Part shown: in pieces, positions 23,431-33,204 of the stretch
Layout: every line of letters begins with the position of its first letter
Position numbering within the stretch: the stretch's first letter is position 1
Position numbers and translations under genes: made by a program
The notes under the pieces: model-generated
What the model was told of the DNA's origin: nothing
Databases searched by the model: none
The model's input: the letters and a program-made list of their open reading frames with translations, nothing else
Assembly: GCA_958295775.1 (NCBI GenBank)
Contig: CATQHC010000002.1
Coordinates: 889,830 to 953,829 of the forward strand
Direction: 5' to 3'
Origin: Chloroflexota bacterium
GTDB taxonomy: Bacteria > Chloroflexota > UBA11872 > VXOZ01
DNA: 64,000 nucleotides

Positions 23431-24540
23431 TTAGTCCGCGCCCTGCAGGACGTGGCCGGCTTCGTCACCGGAACCGGCGATGAACTCTTCAAGCATCGTC
23501 CGCGCCCGTTCATCGGTAATCTGTTCTGGCGGTGACTTCATCAAGTACGCCGAAGGCGCAACCAAGGTGCCGCTTAGGTTCCGGTCCAAGCCGATTTTCG
23601 CGAGCCGCACGGCATCGATTACAACCCCCGCCGAATTTGGCGAATCCCACACTTCGAGCTTGATCTCGGCGCGCAGTGGGACGTCACCAAACGAGCGACC
23701 GTTCATGAAGATGTAAGCCCACTTGCGGTCCTGCAAGAACGGCACGTGGTCGCTGGGCCCGATGTAGACGTTATCCGCGCCGGGATCGTAATCCAACAGC
23801 GAGGTGACTGCGTTTGTCTTGGATTCCTTCTTTGAGCTCAAACGGGAGCGCTCCAGCATATTGAGGAAGTCCGTATTGCCGCCCACGTTGAGTTGGCTGG
23901 TCTCCTCCAGGCGCACGCCTCGATCTTGGAAGAGCCGTGCCAGCGTGCGATGGACAATCGTCGCCCCCACCTGCGACTTGATGTCGTCGCCGACGATTGG
24001 CACGCCTGCTTCATGGAAGCGCCGCTGCCAGTACGGTTCCCGACCGATAAAGACCGGAATACAGTTTACAAAGGCGCAGCCGGCCCGCAATACCTGCTCC
24101 ACATACCACTTTGTCGCCTCTTCACTGCCCACCGGCAAGTAGCTTACTACCACGTCCGTGCCGGTCTCTTTCAAGATATCTACGATGTTGTCAGTGGCGC
24201 CCGGCGCCTTGTGAATGACCTCACTGAGGTACTGGCCGATTCCGTCATGGGTCATGCCGCGCTGTACCGCAACGCCGAGCGGCTCGACGTCTGCGAACTT
24301 GATCGTGTTATTTGGCGCTTCCCAGATGGCCTCGCCCAGGTCCTTGCCGACTTTGTTCTCATCAACATCGAAAGCGGCGGAAAACTCGATATCGCTCACG
24401 TGGTACTCACCGAGACGCACGTGCATGAGACCGGGAACGAATTCCGTATCCGCGGCATCTCTGTAATACTGCACTCCTTGAATCAAGGATGACGCACAGT
24501 TTCCTACACCGACAATTGCCACTCGTACCTTGCTACTCAC
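23431..24540 (-). CDS. ino1: Inositol-3-phosphate synthase
   Basis: [49 protein letters not shown]. Confidence 0.97.
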   Translation of the reverse strand: MSSKVRVAIVGVGNCASSLIQGVQYYRDAADTEFVPGLMHVRLGEYHVSDIEFSAAFDVDENKVGKDLGEAIWEAPNNTIKFADVEPLGVAVQRGMTHDGIGQYLSEVIHKAPGATDNIVDILKETGTDVVVSYLPVGSEEATKWYVEQVLRAGCAFVNCIPVFIGREPYWQRRFHEAGVPIVGDDIKSQVGATIVHRTLARLFQDRGVRLEETSQLNVGGNTDFLNMLERSRLSSKKESKTNAVTSLLDYDPGADNVYIGPSDHVPFLQDRKWAYIFMNGRSFGDVPLRAEIKLEVWDSPNSAGVVIDAVRLAKIGLDRNLSGTLVAPSAYLMKSPPEQITDERARTMLEEFIAGSGDEAGHVLQGAD

Positions 24541-24651
24541 CGGATTGACTCTCCCTAACGCTCATTCTGGACTCTCTGTCTTCCTCACTTGGTGTGCCGC
24601 CTTTGCAGCACAAGACGTGCCCTGTATTTGATGCGCTCGCCGTTCTCAAGG

Positions 24652-24984
24652 CTAACCCGCCGCTTGTTTCGCCAACGATGTCTCCGTATCCTTATCGTCA
24701 GCCAGCAATTCATCCAACCCTTGGCTTACCTGTTGAAAGCCGGTTGGATTGATTGCGTAGCGAACAAGCCGCCCATCCCTCGTCGCAGCCACCAACTCGG
24801 CGCGACGAAGGATGCTCAAGTGCCAAGAGAGCAGCGGCTGGCTAATCGGCACTTTCTCCCGCAATTCGGTCACCGTCATCGTCTCTTCAGCCACTAAGAC
24901 CTGAAGGATTTCCAGGCGTGAACGACTGGCAAGTGCGCGTAGCTGTCTACTGAATTCGCGTAACGCTTGCCCCTGCAAAGACAT
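24652..24984 (-). CDS. ArsR/SmtB family transcriptional regulator
   Basis: RLEIL, ISQPLLSWHL.IL, R.GR.VRY; start placed at MSLQG. Confidence 0.88.
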   Translation of the reverse strand: MSLQGQALREFSRQLRALASRSRLEILQVLVAEETMTVTELREKVPISQPLLSWHLSILRRAELVAATRDGRLVRYAINPTGFQQVSQGLDELLADDKDTETSLAKQAAG

Positions 24985-25393
24985 CTTCTCTCCTAGCCGG
25001 AAGCTACCTACCCGAAACCTTGCGTATATATATATCAATTATAGTTGAAGTGATTTTTCTTTATATTATCGCCTTCAAATGGCTGCGTCAAGATATACCA
25101 ATGGACTTTCGACATGCGATCCTATCAGAATTCGCGGAGCGCATTGGAGCAAGTACCAGCAGGCATCATTGGCACATCAAGCTCCCGACTAATTGTAGGC
25201 ATTGACTCCACGACGAATGTAGGAAGCACCGAGGCGTCCGGTGGGCGGAGACTGGAAAATATACAAATCATAGGCAAGTGGAATGTTAATTGGAATGTGA
25301 AAAGAGGCATGCGAGAAGTCTGTCGGTGCAAATAACAGATCTTGCGATGAGTAGTTGAACTGGGGAATTGGTGTCACTGCTGCCCCATTGAAT

Positions 25394-25816
25394 TCAGCAA
25401 GTGCGAGCACATGCACTTGAGGTAGGGCAGCAGCAGCATTGAATTGGAGGCAATTCCTCAATCTTCACCTCTCCGTCAACGATGGCATCTACTGAAACCC
25501 TACTACCCCACAGCAAAGTCATGCCTAGTAACGGAGCGCTGTCAGACTTCAGAATTAGAACATCTCTTAGACGTCCGTGCCAAGTGACTGCAGCAAAAAA
25601 CGCTTCGAACTCAAAGAGTTCTCCCTTAGCTAACTCAAACGTCCGCTGACCTACTGAGCGGATACCAAGTCGCTGTATGGATTCTGTGGGCAACGTCAAG
25701 TAGCCAGTAAACCCGGTATCCAAGACAGCCTCAATTGATTGAATGCTATCTTCACCATCAATGATGTCGATGGTGACTAGTGCTAGTTTATTGCCGTCAA
25801 CTCTTCCCTTAATCAT
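25394..25816 (-). CDS. Clan AA (retropepsin-like) aspartic protease
   Basis: LDTGFTGYL and PLLGM motifs; start MIKG overlaps the stop of the upstream gene. Confidence 0.85.
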   Translation of the reverse strand: MIKGRVDGNKLALVTIDIIDGEDSIQSIEAVLDTGFTGYLTLPTESIQRLGIRSVGQRTFELAKGELFEFEAFFAAVTWHGRLRDVLILKSDSAPLLGMTLLWGSRVSVDAIVDGEVKIEELPPIQCCCCPTSSACARTC

Positions 25817-26084
25817 AGAGCGTGGGCACACGGAAGCCGCCGACGTGGCTGTAAGCTGCGCGATGACCGATGCAGATTCCATACGTAACGGCCGTCGGCC
25901 TCCGGTCTAATACCCGCCGTGTTGCCACCGCATCGCCTGCGTCGATCTCAAAGTCGCCGCTCTCGACATCGATTACTACAAAGTTGCCCTTCTCCACCGA
26001 CTCAACTCTAGATTGGATTTGTTCCCGGTAGATCGCTTCTCCCCGGGCTGCAATCTCCCCAGAACTATAGGTCCGGATTGCCAT
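25809..26084 (-). CDS. Small hypothetical protein partnered with the aspartic protease
   Basis: GEAIY...KGNFVVIDVESGDFEI motif of small proteins commonly found upstream of clan AA proteases. Confidence 0.75.
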   Translation of the reverse strand: MAIRTYSSGEIAARGEAIYREQIQSRVESVEKGNFVVIDVESGDFEIDAGDAVATRRVLDRRPTAVTYGICIGHRAAYSHVGGFRVPTLYD

Positions 26085-26347
26085 GGCATGATCCTTAGGC
26101 GACAGCAATGCGTTTCGTCCATATTTCAAAGATACGCTTCAGACCGATCCGTGGTCAATGGGGGCACAGGTCGGACAAGGCTCCCTGATACCACGGTTTG
26201 GCCGGAATAGAAGAGGGACTGAGCCTGCTGCTGCGCTTCTACCTTGGTTCAGCGAAGCACGACTTCGAGAGTTGTTGCGCTTACACCCTTTTCCAATCTA
26301 AAGAGAACGTGTTCCTGAGCGCGCCGTTTTGCTAGCATAGAAACAAC

Positions 26348-27460
26348 ATGCGAGTGGCAATAGCGCACGATTACTTCTATGCCCTGGGGGGCGCCGAGCA
26401 GACCGTGGCCGTAATGCACGGCCTCTGGCCGGAAGCGCCGGTATTCTCTTCATTCGTAGATCGAGCCACGCTACCGCTGGACCTCGCGTCTTGGGATATG
26501 CGCACCTCGTTTCTGCAGCGCGTCCCCAACCCGGCGCGGCTACAGAAACTTCTGACACCCCTCTATCCGCTTGCCTTTCGTAGCTTCGATGTGGAACCGT
26601 TTGACGTCGTTGTTTCGTCCGCCAGTTTTGCGGCAAAAGGCATTCCGCGGCATGCCGAGACCCTGCACGTCTGCTATTGCTACACGCCGCCGCGGTTCCT
26701 CTGGGGCATGACGCCGGCCACAGACCGCCGCCAACTGTCCTGGCCGCTTCGCGGCCTGGACGCGTTGCTCCGGCCCCACCTACGCCGGTGGGACCGCTGG
26801 GCCGCAACGCAGCCGCACCATCTTGTTGCAATCTCCCACACGGTAGCGGCGCGTATCCGCAGTATCTACGGCATCGAGCCAACCGTCATCTATCCACCGG
26901 TGGCCACACACCGTTTTCATTCGCAGCCCAGCAGTGATGAAGGGTACTATGTATGTGTGGGGAGGTTGGAAGCGCACAAGCGCGTTGACCTCGCAATCGC
27001 GGCGGCCCGAGCAGCGCACGTTCCGCTCCATGTCATCGGGGATGGACCTCTCCGCGACCGCCTCGCGCACGCTGCACCTCCCAATGTTCGTGTTCTTGGT
27101 TGGCTTTCCGATTCGGAACTGATCGAGCAACTCGCCGGATGCCGCGCGCTGATCTTCCCGGGCGAGGAAGACTTCGGCATCGTTATGGTGGAAGCGCTGA
27201 GTGCAGGTAAACCCGTAATCGCCTACGGAGCCGGCGGCGCCACTGAAATCGTGCAGCCTGGGGTTAACGGCGAGTTGGTGCCGGAACAGACCGTAGACGC
27301 CTTCGCGCAAGCGCTGCGTGCCTTCGGCCCCGATCGTTACTCACCTGAGAAATGCCGCAAAAGTGCTGCGCAGTTTGACGAGGCGGTCTTTGCCGGCCAA
27401 TTCAAGGCATTTGTGGAAGAAAAGTGGACAGAATTCGCGCGGAATCTTCACAACAGCTAG
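26348..27460 (+). CDS. GT4 glycosyltransferase (putative mannosyl/hexosyltransferase)
   Basis: AIAHDY..LGGAE, YCYTPPR, EEDFGIVMVEA. Confidence 0.92.
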   Translation: MRVAIAHDYFYALGGAEQTVAVMHGLWPEAPVFSSFVDRATLPLDLASWDMRTSFLQRVPNPARLQKLLTPLYPLAFRSFDVEPFDVVVSSASFAAKGIPRHAETLHVCYCYTPPRFLWGMTPATDRRQLSWPLRGLDALLRPHLRRWDRWAATQPHHLVAISHTVAARIRSIYGIEPTVIYPPVATHRFHSQPSSDEGYYVCVGRLEAHKRVDLAIAAARAAHVPLHVIGDGPLRDRLAHAAPPNVRVLGWLSDSELIEQLAGCRALIFPGEEDFGIVMVEALSAGKPVIAYGAGGATEIVQPGVNGELVPEQTVDAFAQALRAFGPDRYSPEKCRKSAAQFDEAVFAGQFKAFVEEKWTEFARNLHNS

Positions 27461-27465
27461 TTGAT

Positions 27466-28200
27466 ATGAGTGCCGGAAAACCGTCCAGCGCCGCGGTCCT
27501 TGGCGTACGTGTGGACTGCGTAATCATGGGCCAAGCGCTGAACCACTGCGCACAGCTTCTCGACACTGCCGGTCACCATCAGGTGGTCACACTCAATCCT
27601 GAGTTCGTGATGCATGCCCAGCAGGACACCCAGTTTAGGGAACTCGTGCGTGAGGCGAGCCTCGTTGTGCCCGATGGCTCAGGCATCGTCTGGGCTCTGC
27701 GCCGCCAAGGCAATGCTGACGTTGAACGCGTCACCGGCATCGACTTGATGCTGCAACTCTGCGCCTTGGCCGCGCGCCGGCAGGTAGCTATCTTCTTGCT
27801 TGGCGCCGCACCGGGCGTCGCGGCCCAAACCGCTGCGGTCTTGCAGCAACAGTATCCAAAGCTGATAGTCGCCGGTACCGCCGTCGGCGCGCCTGACGCC
27901 GTCCAAGCGCCGGCGCTGTGCGCACAGATTCGCGACTCAGGCGCTGGGCTGCTCTTTGTTGCTTTTGGCTGTCCTGCCCAGGACTTCTGGATCCAGCAGC
28001 ACCAGCGGGAGTCTGGCGCCTGCCTGGCAATGGGCGTCGGTGGCAGTTTCGACTATATCTCCGGCAAGGTCGCGCGCGCGCCGCGCCGGATGCAGCAGAT
28101 GAACCTTGAGTGGTTCTATCGCCTGCTGCGCCAGCCGTGGCGCTGGCGCCGCCAGCGCGTGCTCATCTCATATCTATGGAGAGTCTTACGAGAACACTGA
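27466..28200 (+). CDS. WecB/TagA/CpsF (GT26) glycosyltransferase
   Basis: TLNPE, PDG.G, RVTGIDL, GVGGSFD, RAP, EWFYRL..QPWR. Confidence 0.93.
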   Translation: MSAGKPSSAAVLGVRVDCVIMGQALNHCAQLLDTAGHHQVVTLNPEFVMHAQQDTQFRELVREASLVVPDGSGIVWALRRQGNADVERVTGIDLMLQLCALAARRQVAIFLLGAAPGVAAQTAAVLQQQYPKLIVAGTAVGAPDAVQAPALCAQIRDSGAGLLFVAFGCPAQDFWIQQHQRESGACLAMGVGGSFDYISGKVARAPRRMQQMNLEWFYRLLRQPWRWRRQRVLISYLWRVLREH

Positions 28201-28321
28201 TTAAATTGTGCCTCGCAGCGCGGGGGTTGGATCTTAATAGGCGCGACGCGCACTGCTGACCAACATGTGCCCGCACGGAGAGGGTTTTCTGACGAATACT
28301 CGCGAGCAGCCACAGAACGAC

Positions 28322-29299
28322 ATGTCACCGCCGGCGGCCAGTAGTCTGGGCAATGAGGTCCTGGTGGTAGGCAGCATCAACACGGACCTCGTTGTTACCG
28401 TTCCCTCGCTGCCCCAGGCCGGAGAGACCGTGTTGGGCGACGACTTGCGGCGCATTGGCGGTGGCAAAGGCGCCAATCAGGCGGTAGCGGCAGCCCGCTT
28501 AGGCGCGCGCACCGCGCTCCTGGGCTGTGTCGGCGCAGACGAATTTGGCAATAACCGCATTTCGGAGCTAGAATCTTACGGTATAGAGGTTGGCGCGATC
28601 TTAACCGATTCCCAACGGCCGTCCGGCGCGGCGCTTATTCTGGTTGACACGGGAGGTGACAACGTGATTGCAGTGTCCCCAGGCGCTAATGGCGCGCTTG
28701 CGCCTGCGCACGTGCAGGCGGCGCAGAAACTCTTTGCGCAAGCCAACGTGCTTATCTGCCAACTTGAAATATCTCTCGAAACGGTTGCTGCCGCCTTGAC
28801 TCAAGCCCGCCGGAACAACGTGACCTCCATCTTGAACGCGGCGCCCGGCAGCCCTGCGGCAGCCTCGCTACTCACGTCCACCGACATCCTCATTGTCAAC
28901 CGCGCCGAAGCGGCCAGCCTGGTTGGACATCCTGTTGACTCGCTAGCCGCAGCGCGCGAGACCGCCGCACAATTATCCGGGCAAGTCCGCCGGGCAGCCA
29001 TAGTAACGCTTGGGGATGAGGGCAGCGTTATCGCTTGCGATGGGAGTGTTAAGCACCTGCGCGCATGGCAGGTACCTACCGTCGACGGCACGGCTGCCGG
29101 TGACGCCTACGTCGGCGCGATTGCAGCAGCGCTTGCCCGCGGCGACTCGCTGTTGGTTGCCGCGCGCTTGGGGACTGCAGCCGCTGCGATCGCGGTCGGG
29201 CGTGTAGGCGCGCAACCGTCGCTGCCGACGCGGGAGGAAGTCAGCGCGTTTCTGCGCAACCCGCCAGCGTTTGCGCCTGGAGTAGGCGAATACACATGA
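28322..29299 (+). CDS. rbsK: Ribokinase
   Basis: GSINTDL, GGKGANQAVAAARLG, NAAP, DGTAAGDAY, GAQPSLP. The exact start is uncertain (28265 or 28322). Confidence 0.85.
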   Translation: MSPPAASSLGNEVLVVGSINTDLVVTVPSLPQAGETVLGDDLRRIGGGKGANQAVAAARLGARTALLGCVGADEFGNNRISELESYGIEVGAILTDSQRPSGAALILVDTGGDNVIAVSPGANGALAPAHVQAAQKLFAQANVLICQLEISLETVAAALTQARRNNVTSILNAAPGSPAAASLLTSTDILIVNRAEAASLVGHPVDSLAAARETAAQLSGQVRRAAIVTLGDEGSVIACDGSVKHLRAWQVPTVDGTAAGDAYVGAIAAALARGDSLLVAARLGTAAAAIAVGRVGAQPSLPTREEVSAFLRNPPAFAPGVGEYT

Positions 29300-29321
29300 C
29301 CGGCAACTCGGAGCAACACTG

Positions 29322-30344
29322 ATGGGCAAGCCTGCTTGGGAAGACGCTCTAGCACGCTTTGCATCGCAAAGGATACTCGTTATTGGCGACATGGTTGCCG
29401 ACGAACATATCTTTACCCGCGCCAGCGGCATTTCGCGAGAAGCGCCGCTGCCGGTCTTACAGTTTGTTGACCGCAAACTCGTGCCTGGGGGCGCGACCAA
29501 TGTCGCGCGGAATGCCCGCGCACTCGGGGCGAAGGTATGGGTGACTGGCGTAATTGGGCAAGACCAGGTCGGCAGTGACTTGCGGCAACTGCTCGAAGCA
29601 GACCGAGTCCACTGCAGCGAACTCTTTGCTGCCGATGATCGCAAGACTTCCACCAAGACCCGTATCTGGGCGGGAGGCGACCAACAACCTGTGCAGCAGC
29701 AGGTATGCCGCCTCGACCACGTTGAGCGCCTGGCAGTATCACCGGAAATTTGCCAGCAGGTGATAGCGGGGCTGGAGAACCGCATTCCGCAGATTGACGC
29801 CATCATCGTTGCGGACTACGAGATCAGCATGATTGACGCCGCCATAATCGATGCCGTCTTGCGTCACGCCCAAGCTGAAGCGAAAACGGTGACTGTCGAC
29901 TCCCACGGCAACCTCACGCGCTTCCCGGCCGCGGACATTTTTACCCCGAATCAGCCCGAAGTAGAGTTTACGCTGGGTCGCGCCCTGCACTCGCGTGAAG
30001 AGCTTGAGGAAGCGGGGAACGCCCTGCTCGATCTCCTGGCAACGAAAGTACTCCTGGTCACGCGCGGCAGCGAGGGCATGTCACTCTTTGCTGCCGGGGC
30101 CGCGCCGTACCACATTCCGACACTGGCAACGGGCCGAGTGATCGATCCCACCGGAGCCGGAGACACAGTGTCCGCGGTCCTGACACTGGCATTGTTGGTT
30201 GGTCTACCACCCCCACGCGCTGCTATGATGGCTGCGGCGGCGGCAAGTGTTGTTGTACGCAAGCTCGGCGCCGCGGTAGCCTCTCCCGCTGAGATCCTGG
30301 CCGTGCTGGCAACTGCAGAAGGCCTTGAGCGTGACCGCAACTAA
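29322..30344 (+). CDS. RfaE/HldE domain I-like heptose-7-phosphate kinase
   Basis: [48 protein letters not shown]. Confidence 0.85.
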   Translation: MGKPAWEDALARFASQRILVIGDMVADEHIFTRASGISREAPLPVLQFVDRKLVPGGATNVARNARALGAKVWVTGVIGQDQVGSDLRQLLEADRVHCSELFAADDRKTSTKTRIWAGGDQQPVQQQVCRLDHVERLAVSPEICQQVIAGLENRIPQIDAIIVADYEISMIDAAIIDAVLRHAQAEAKTVTVDSHGNLTRFPAADIFTPNQPEVEFTLGRALHSREELEEAGNALLDLLATKVLLVTRGSEGMSLFAAGAAPYHIPTLATGRVIDPTGAGDTVSAVLTLALLVGLPPPRAAMMAAAAASVVVRKLGAAVASPAEILAVLATAEGLERDRN

Positions 30345-30819
30345 ACTTCTCACTGAAGAAGCGCTCATCGACCGCTGCAAGGCGTGGAGTGCACTGGGCC
30401 AAACCATCGTGTTTACCAATGGCTGTTTCGATTTATTGCATCCGGGACACGTGGCCTATCTGGAAGCGGCGCGAGAACTTGGCGACGTGCTCGTCGTTGC
30501 CGTCAATAGCGATCGTTCCGTGCGCGCGCTGAAGGGGCCCACGCGACCCATTACCCCGGAAGACGACCGCGCCCGCGTCCTCGCAGCACTGGCATGCGTG
30601 GACTACGTCACGGTGTTCGACGACGACACAGCGGAGAGATTACTATGTAATCTTCAGCCCGACGTGTACGTCAAGGGCGGCGATTATACACGCACCGAAC
30701 CGGTGGAAGCCGGCGCCGTGAGGGCCTACGGCGGGAATGTTCGGATACTGCCCTTTGCTTCCGGTTACAGCACGTCGGACCTTGTGCGCCGAATTATTGA
30801 CAGTAATCATTCCCAGTAA
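30325..30819 (+). CDS. RfaE/HldE domain II heptose-1-phosphate nucleotidyltransferase
   Basis: [38 protein letters not shown]. Confidence 0.92.
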   Translation: MSVTATKLLTEEALIDRCKAWSALGQTIVFTNGCFDLLHPGHVAYLEAARELGDVLVVAVNSDRSVRALKGPTRPITPEDDRARVLAALACVDYVTVFDDDTAERLLCNLQPDVYVKGGDYTRTEPVEAGAVRAYGGNVRILPFASGYSTSDLVRRIIDSNHSQ

Positions 30820-30854
30820 CAGGAATTCGTCACAACACAGGAGAAGTATATACA

Positions 30855-31310
30855 GTGGCGCAACGCACCCTCATCATCGTAAAACCAGATGGCGTCCAAA
30901 GGGGGCTTGTCGGCGAGATTTTGGGCCGGTTCGAACGACGCGGCCTCAAGCTCATCGGCCTCAAGCTCATGGCGGTCGACAGATCTCTCGCCGAAACGCA
31001 CTATGCCGTGCACAAAGAGAAACCGTTCTTTGCCGACTTGATCGAGTTCATTACCGCAGCGCCGGTTGTTTGTGCCGTTGTAGAAGGCCCGGAGGCGATT
31101 GCCGTAGTGCGGATGTTGGTCGGCGCCACCAAGTTCACCGAGGCAGCACCCGGCTCGATCCGCGGCGACTTCGCCCTTGACCTCACGATGAATCTTATTC
31201 ATGCTTCCGATGCGCCGGACACCGCCGAGAAGGAAGTGGAACTCTTCTTTCAGCCGGATGAGTTGCTGGACTACACACGGGACGGCGATCGTTGGGTAAC
31301 CAGCGGTTAA
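30855..31310 (+). CDS. ndk: Nucleoside-diphosphate kinase
   Basis: KPDGVQRGL, PGSIRGDF, NLIHASD. Confidence 0.98.
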   Translation: MAQRTLIIVKPDGVQRGLVGEILGRFERRGLKLIGLKLMAVDRSLAETHYAVHKEKPFFADLIEFITAAPVVCAVVEGPEAIAVVRMLVGATKFTEAAPGSIRGDFALDLTMNLIHASDAPDTAEKEVELFFQPDELLDYTRDGDRWVTSG

Positions 31311-31583
31311 TGTTGATTCGGCACGGGCGTTTCTGTGGCTTTGAGCGCAAGAACCGCATTCCCTGTGGGTAGGGATTCTGCGCGCGCGCTGCTAGACAAT
31401 ACCGCCAGACCCGTGCACCATACTACTCGGAATGCAACTCAATCCGAATATCGTAGCAGGCTTGCGCTGACACAGGTCCGCATCCGCCTGTTGATATGGC
31501 CGCGCCCGCAAACATTACACCTGTACCCGCATCAGCGAGCTATCATGTTGCGGCTGAATTGACGTAAAGGGGTTTAGGCAGAC

Positions 31584-32996
31584 ATGAAAGATACACGACC
31601 GAACATCATCCTCTACACCACCGACCAGCATCGCGGCGACCATCTTAGCATCGCCGGACATCCGGTGATCGAAACGCCAAACGTGGACGCATTCGTCGAA
31701 CACGGGGCATTCTTTCCCAATGCCTATACCGAGATTCCCTCCACCACCGGCGCGCGGCGGTGTCTGCACGGCGGCCAGCGCAGCTACGACTGCGGCCTAG
31801 TCGGCTACTCCGCCTCGGAATGGCACGAGCCGAACACCCTCGCGGCGGTGCTCGCCGACGCGGGGTACCACTGTATTAACGTCGGTTGGCGCAACATGCA
31901 TCCCCGCCGCAAGCTCTATGGTTTCCACACGGTCATCCCCCATGAAATCCGTGAGGGCGCAGACGACTATTGGGACTGGCTCCGCCAAGAACTTGGCCCG
32001 TACGCCCATGAGCGCATCGTCGGCTCAGATGCCAATGGCTGGCTGGCGCGCCCCTGGGCCTATGAGGAGCGGTACCACTGCACGAATTGGACCGTGGACG
32101 TGACAATCGAGCAGATCATGAAGCGCGATCCTACGCGTCCCGTCTTCGTGTGGTGCTCACAACTGCGTCCGCATTCGCCCTACGACCCGCCACAGTTCTT
32201 CTGGGACATGTACATCAACCGGCAACTGCCGGAGATTCCCGTGGGCGATTGGGCCGAGCGGTACAACGTGCCCCAGCCCGGCCTACCCCGCCAAGCGTGG
32301 TACGGACGCTTGACCGACGAACAACTGCAACGGATGCGCGCCGCGTACATGGGCTGCATCACCCACCTCGACTACCAACTCGGCTACCTGCTTGAACTGG
32401 TCCAGGGGGAGTTGGACCGCAACCTCATGATGGTCTTCACGGCTGACCACGGCGACATGATGGGCGACCACAACCTGCTGCGCAAATCGTATGCGTATGA
32501 GGGTTCGGCCCGCATTCCGTTCGTGATCAAGTATCCGAATAGCCTGGACGCGCCGACAGGCACGTTCGAGCATCCGGTCGGTTTGCAGGACGTGATGCCG
32601 ACGATCCTCGAGGCGACCGGCACGCCTATTCCTGACTCCGTCACCGGCACGAGCGTCCTCAAGGCGGCGCGCGGCGAGCCGTGGCGGGAATACATGCACG
32701 GGGAGCACTCACCCTGCTACAGCGAGGACAACGCGGTGCAATACCTCACCGACGGCAAAGAAAAGTACCTCTGGTATCCGGTACGCGGCGAGGAGCAGTT
32801 CTTCGACCTCGCCAACGACCGGCAGGAAATTCACGATAGGGCCAACGATCCGGCCTATGCCAACCGCGTAACGCTCTGGCGCAACCGCCTCATAGACTAC
32901 CTGGGCGAACGCGGCGACGGCTTTTCCGATGGGGAGAAGCTGCTGGTGCGTCCCGACGGTTACGGCCCGGAGGCAGAGCAACCTGCGGCAGTCTAG
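31584..32996 (+). CDS. Sulfatase-fold hydrolase with a non-canonical active-site motif
   Basis: PNII..TDQHR, TPNVD, PHSPYDPP, FTADHGD, YEGSARIP; the expected CxPxR reads TTGAR. Confidence 0.88.
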   Translation: MKDTRPNIILYTTDQHRGDHLSIAGHPVIETPNVDAFVEHGAFFPNAYTEIPSTTGARRCLHGGQRSYDCGLVGYSASEWHEPNTLAAVLADAGYHCINVGWRNMHPRRKLYGFHTVIPHEIREGADDYWDWLRQELGPYAHERIVGSDANGWLARPWAYEERYHCTNWTVDVTIEQIMKRDPTRPVFVWCSQLRPHSPYDPPQFFWDMYINRQLPEIPVGDWAERYNVPQPGLPRQAWYGRLTDEQLQRMRAAYMGCITHLDYQLGYLLELVQGELDRNLMMVFTADHGDMMGDHNLLRKSYAYEGSARIPFVIKYPNSLDAPTGTFEHPVGLQDVMPTILEATGTPIPDSVTGTSVLKAARGEPWREYMHGEHSPCYSEDNAVQYLTDGKEKYLWYPVRGEEQFFDLANDRQEIHDRANDPAYANRVTLWRNRLIDYLGERGDGFSDGEKLLVRPDGYGPEAEQPAAV

Positions 32997-33204
32997 GGGC
33001 TGACACTGGCCGGGGCATCATTCCCATAGCCATTCACCAATGCCCGTGTACAAGCGGTGCGGGCGAGATCTTCGCTGTGCAAACAGCGCGAACGCAATCT
33101 TCCGCGCGCACACGGTAGGAACGCAATCGCGCTATACTTAGCCGTAGCTACGGTGATGTATGCGATTGCGCAACAATCCGTTCTGCCGCTCGGAGGTCAC
33201 TGCA

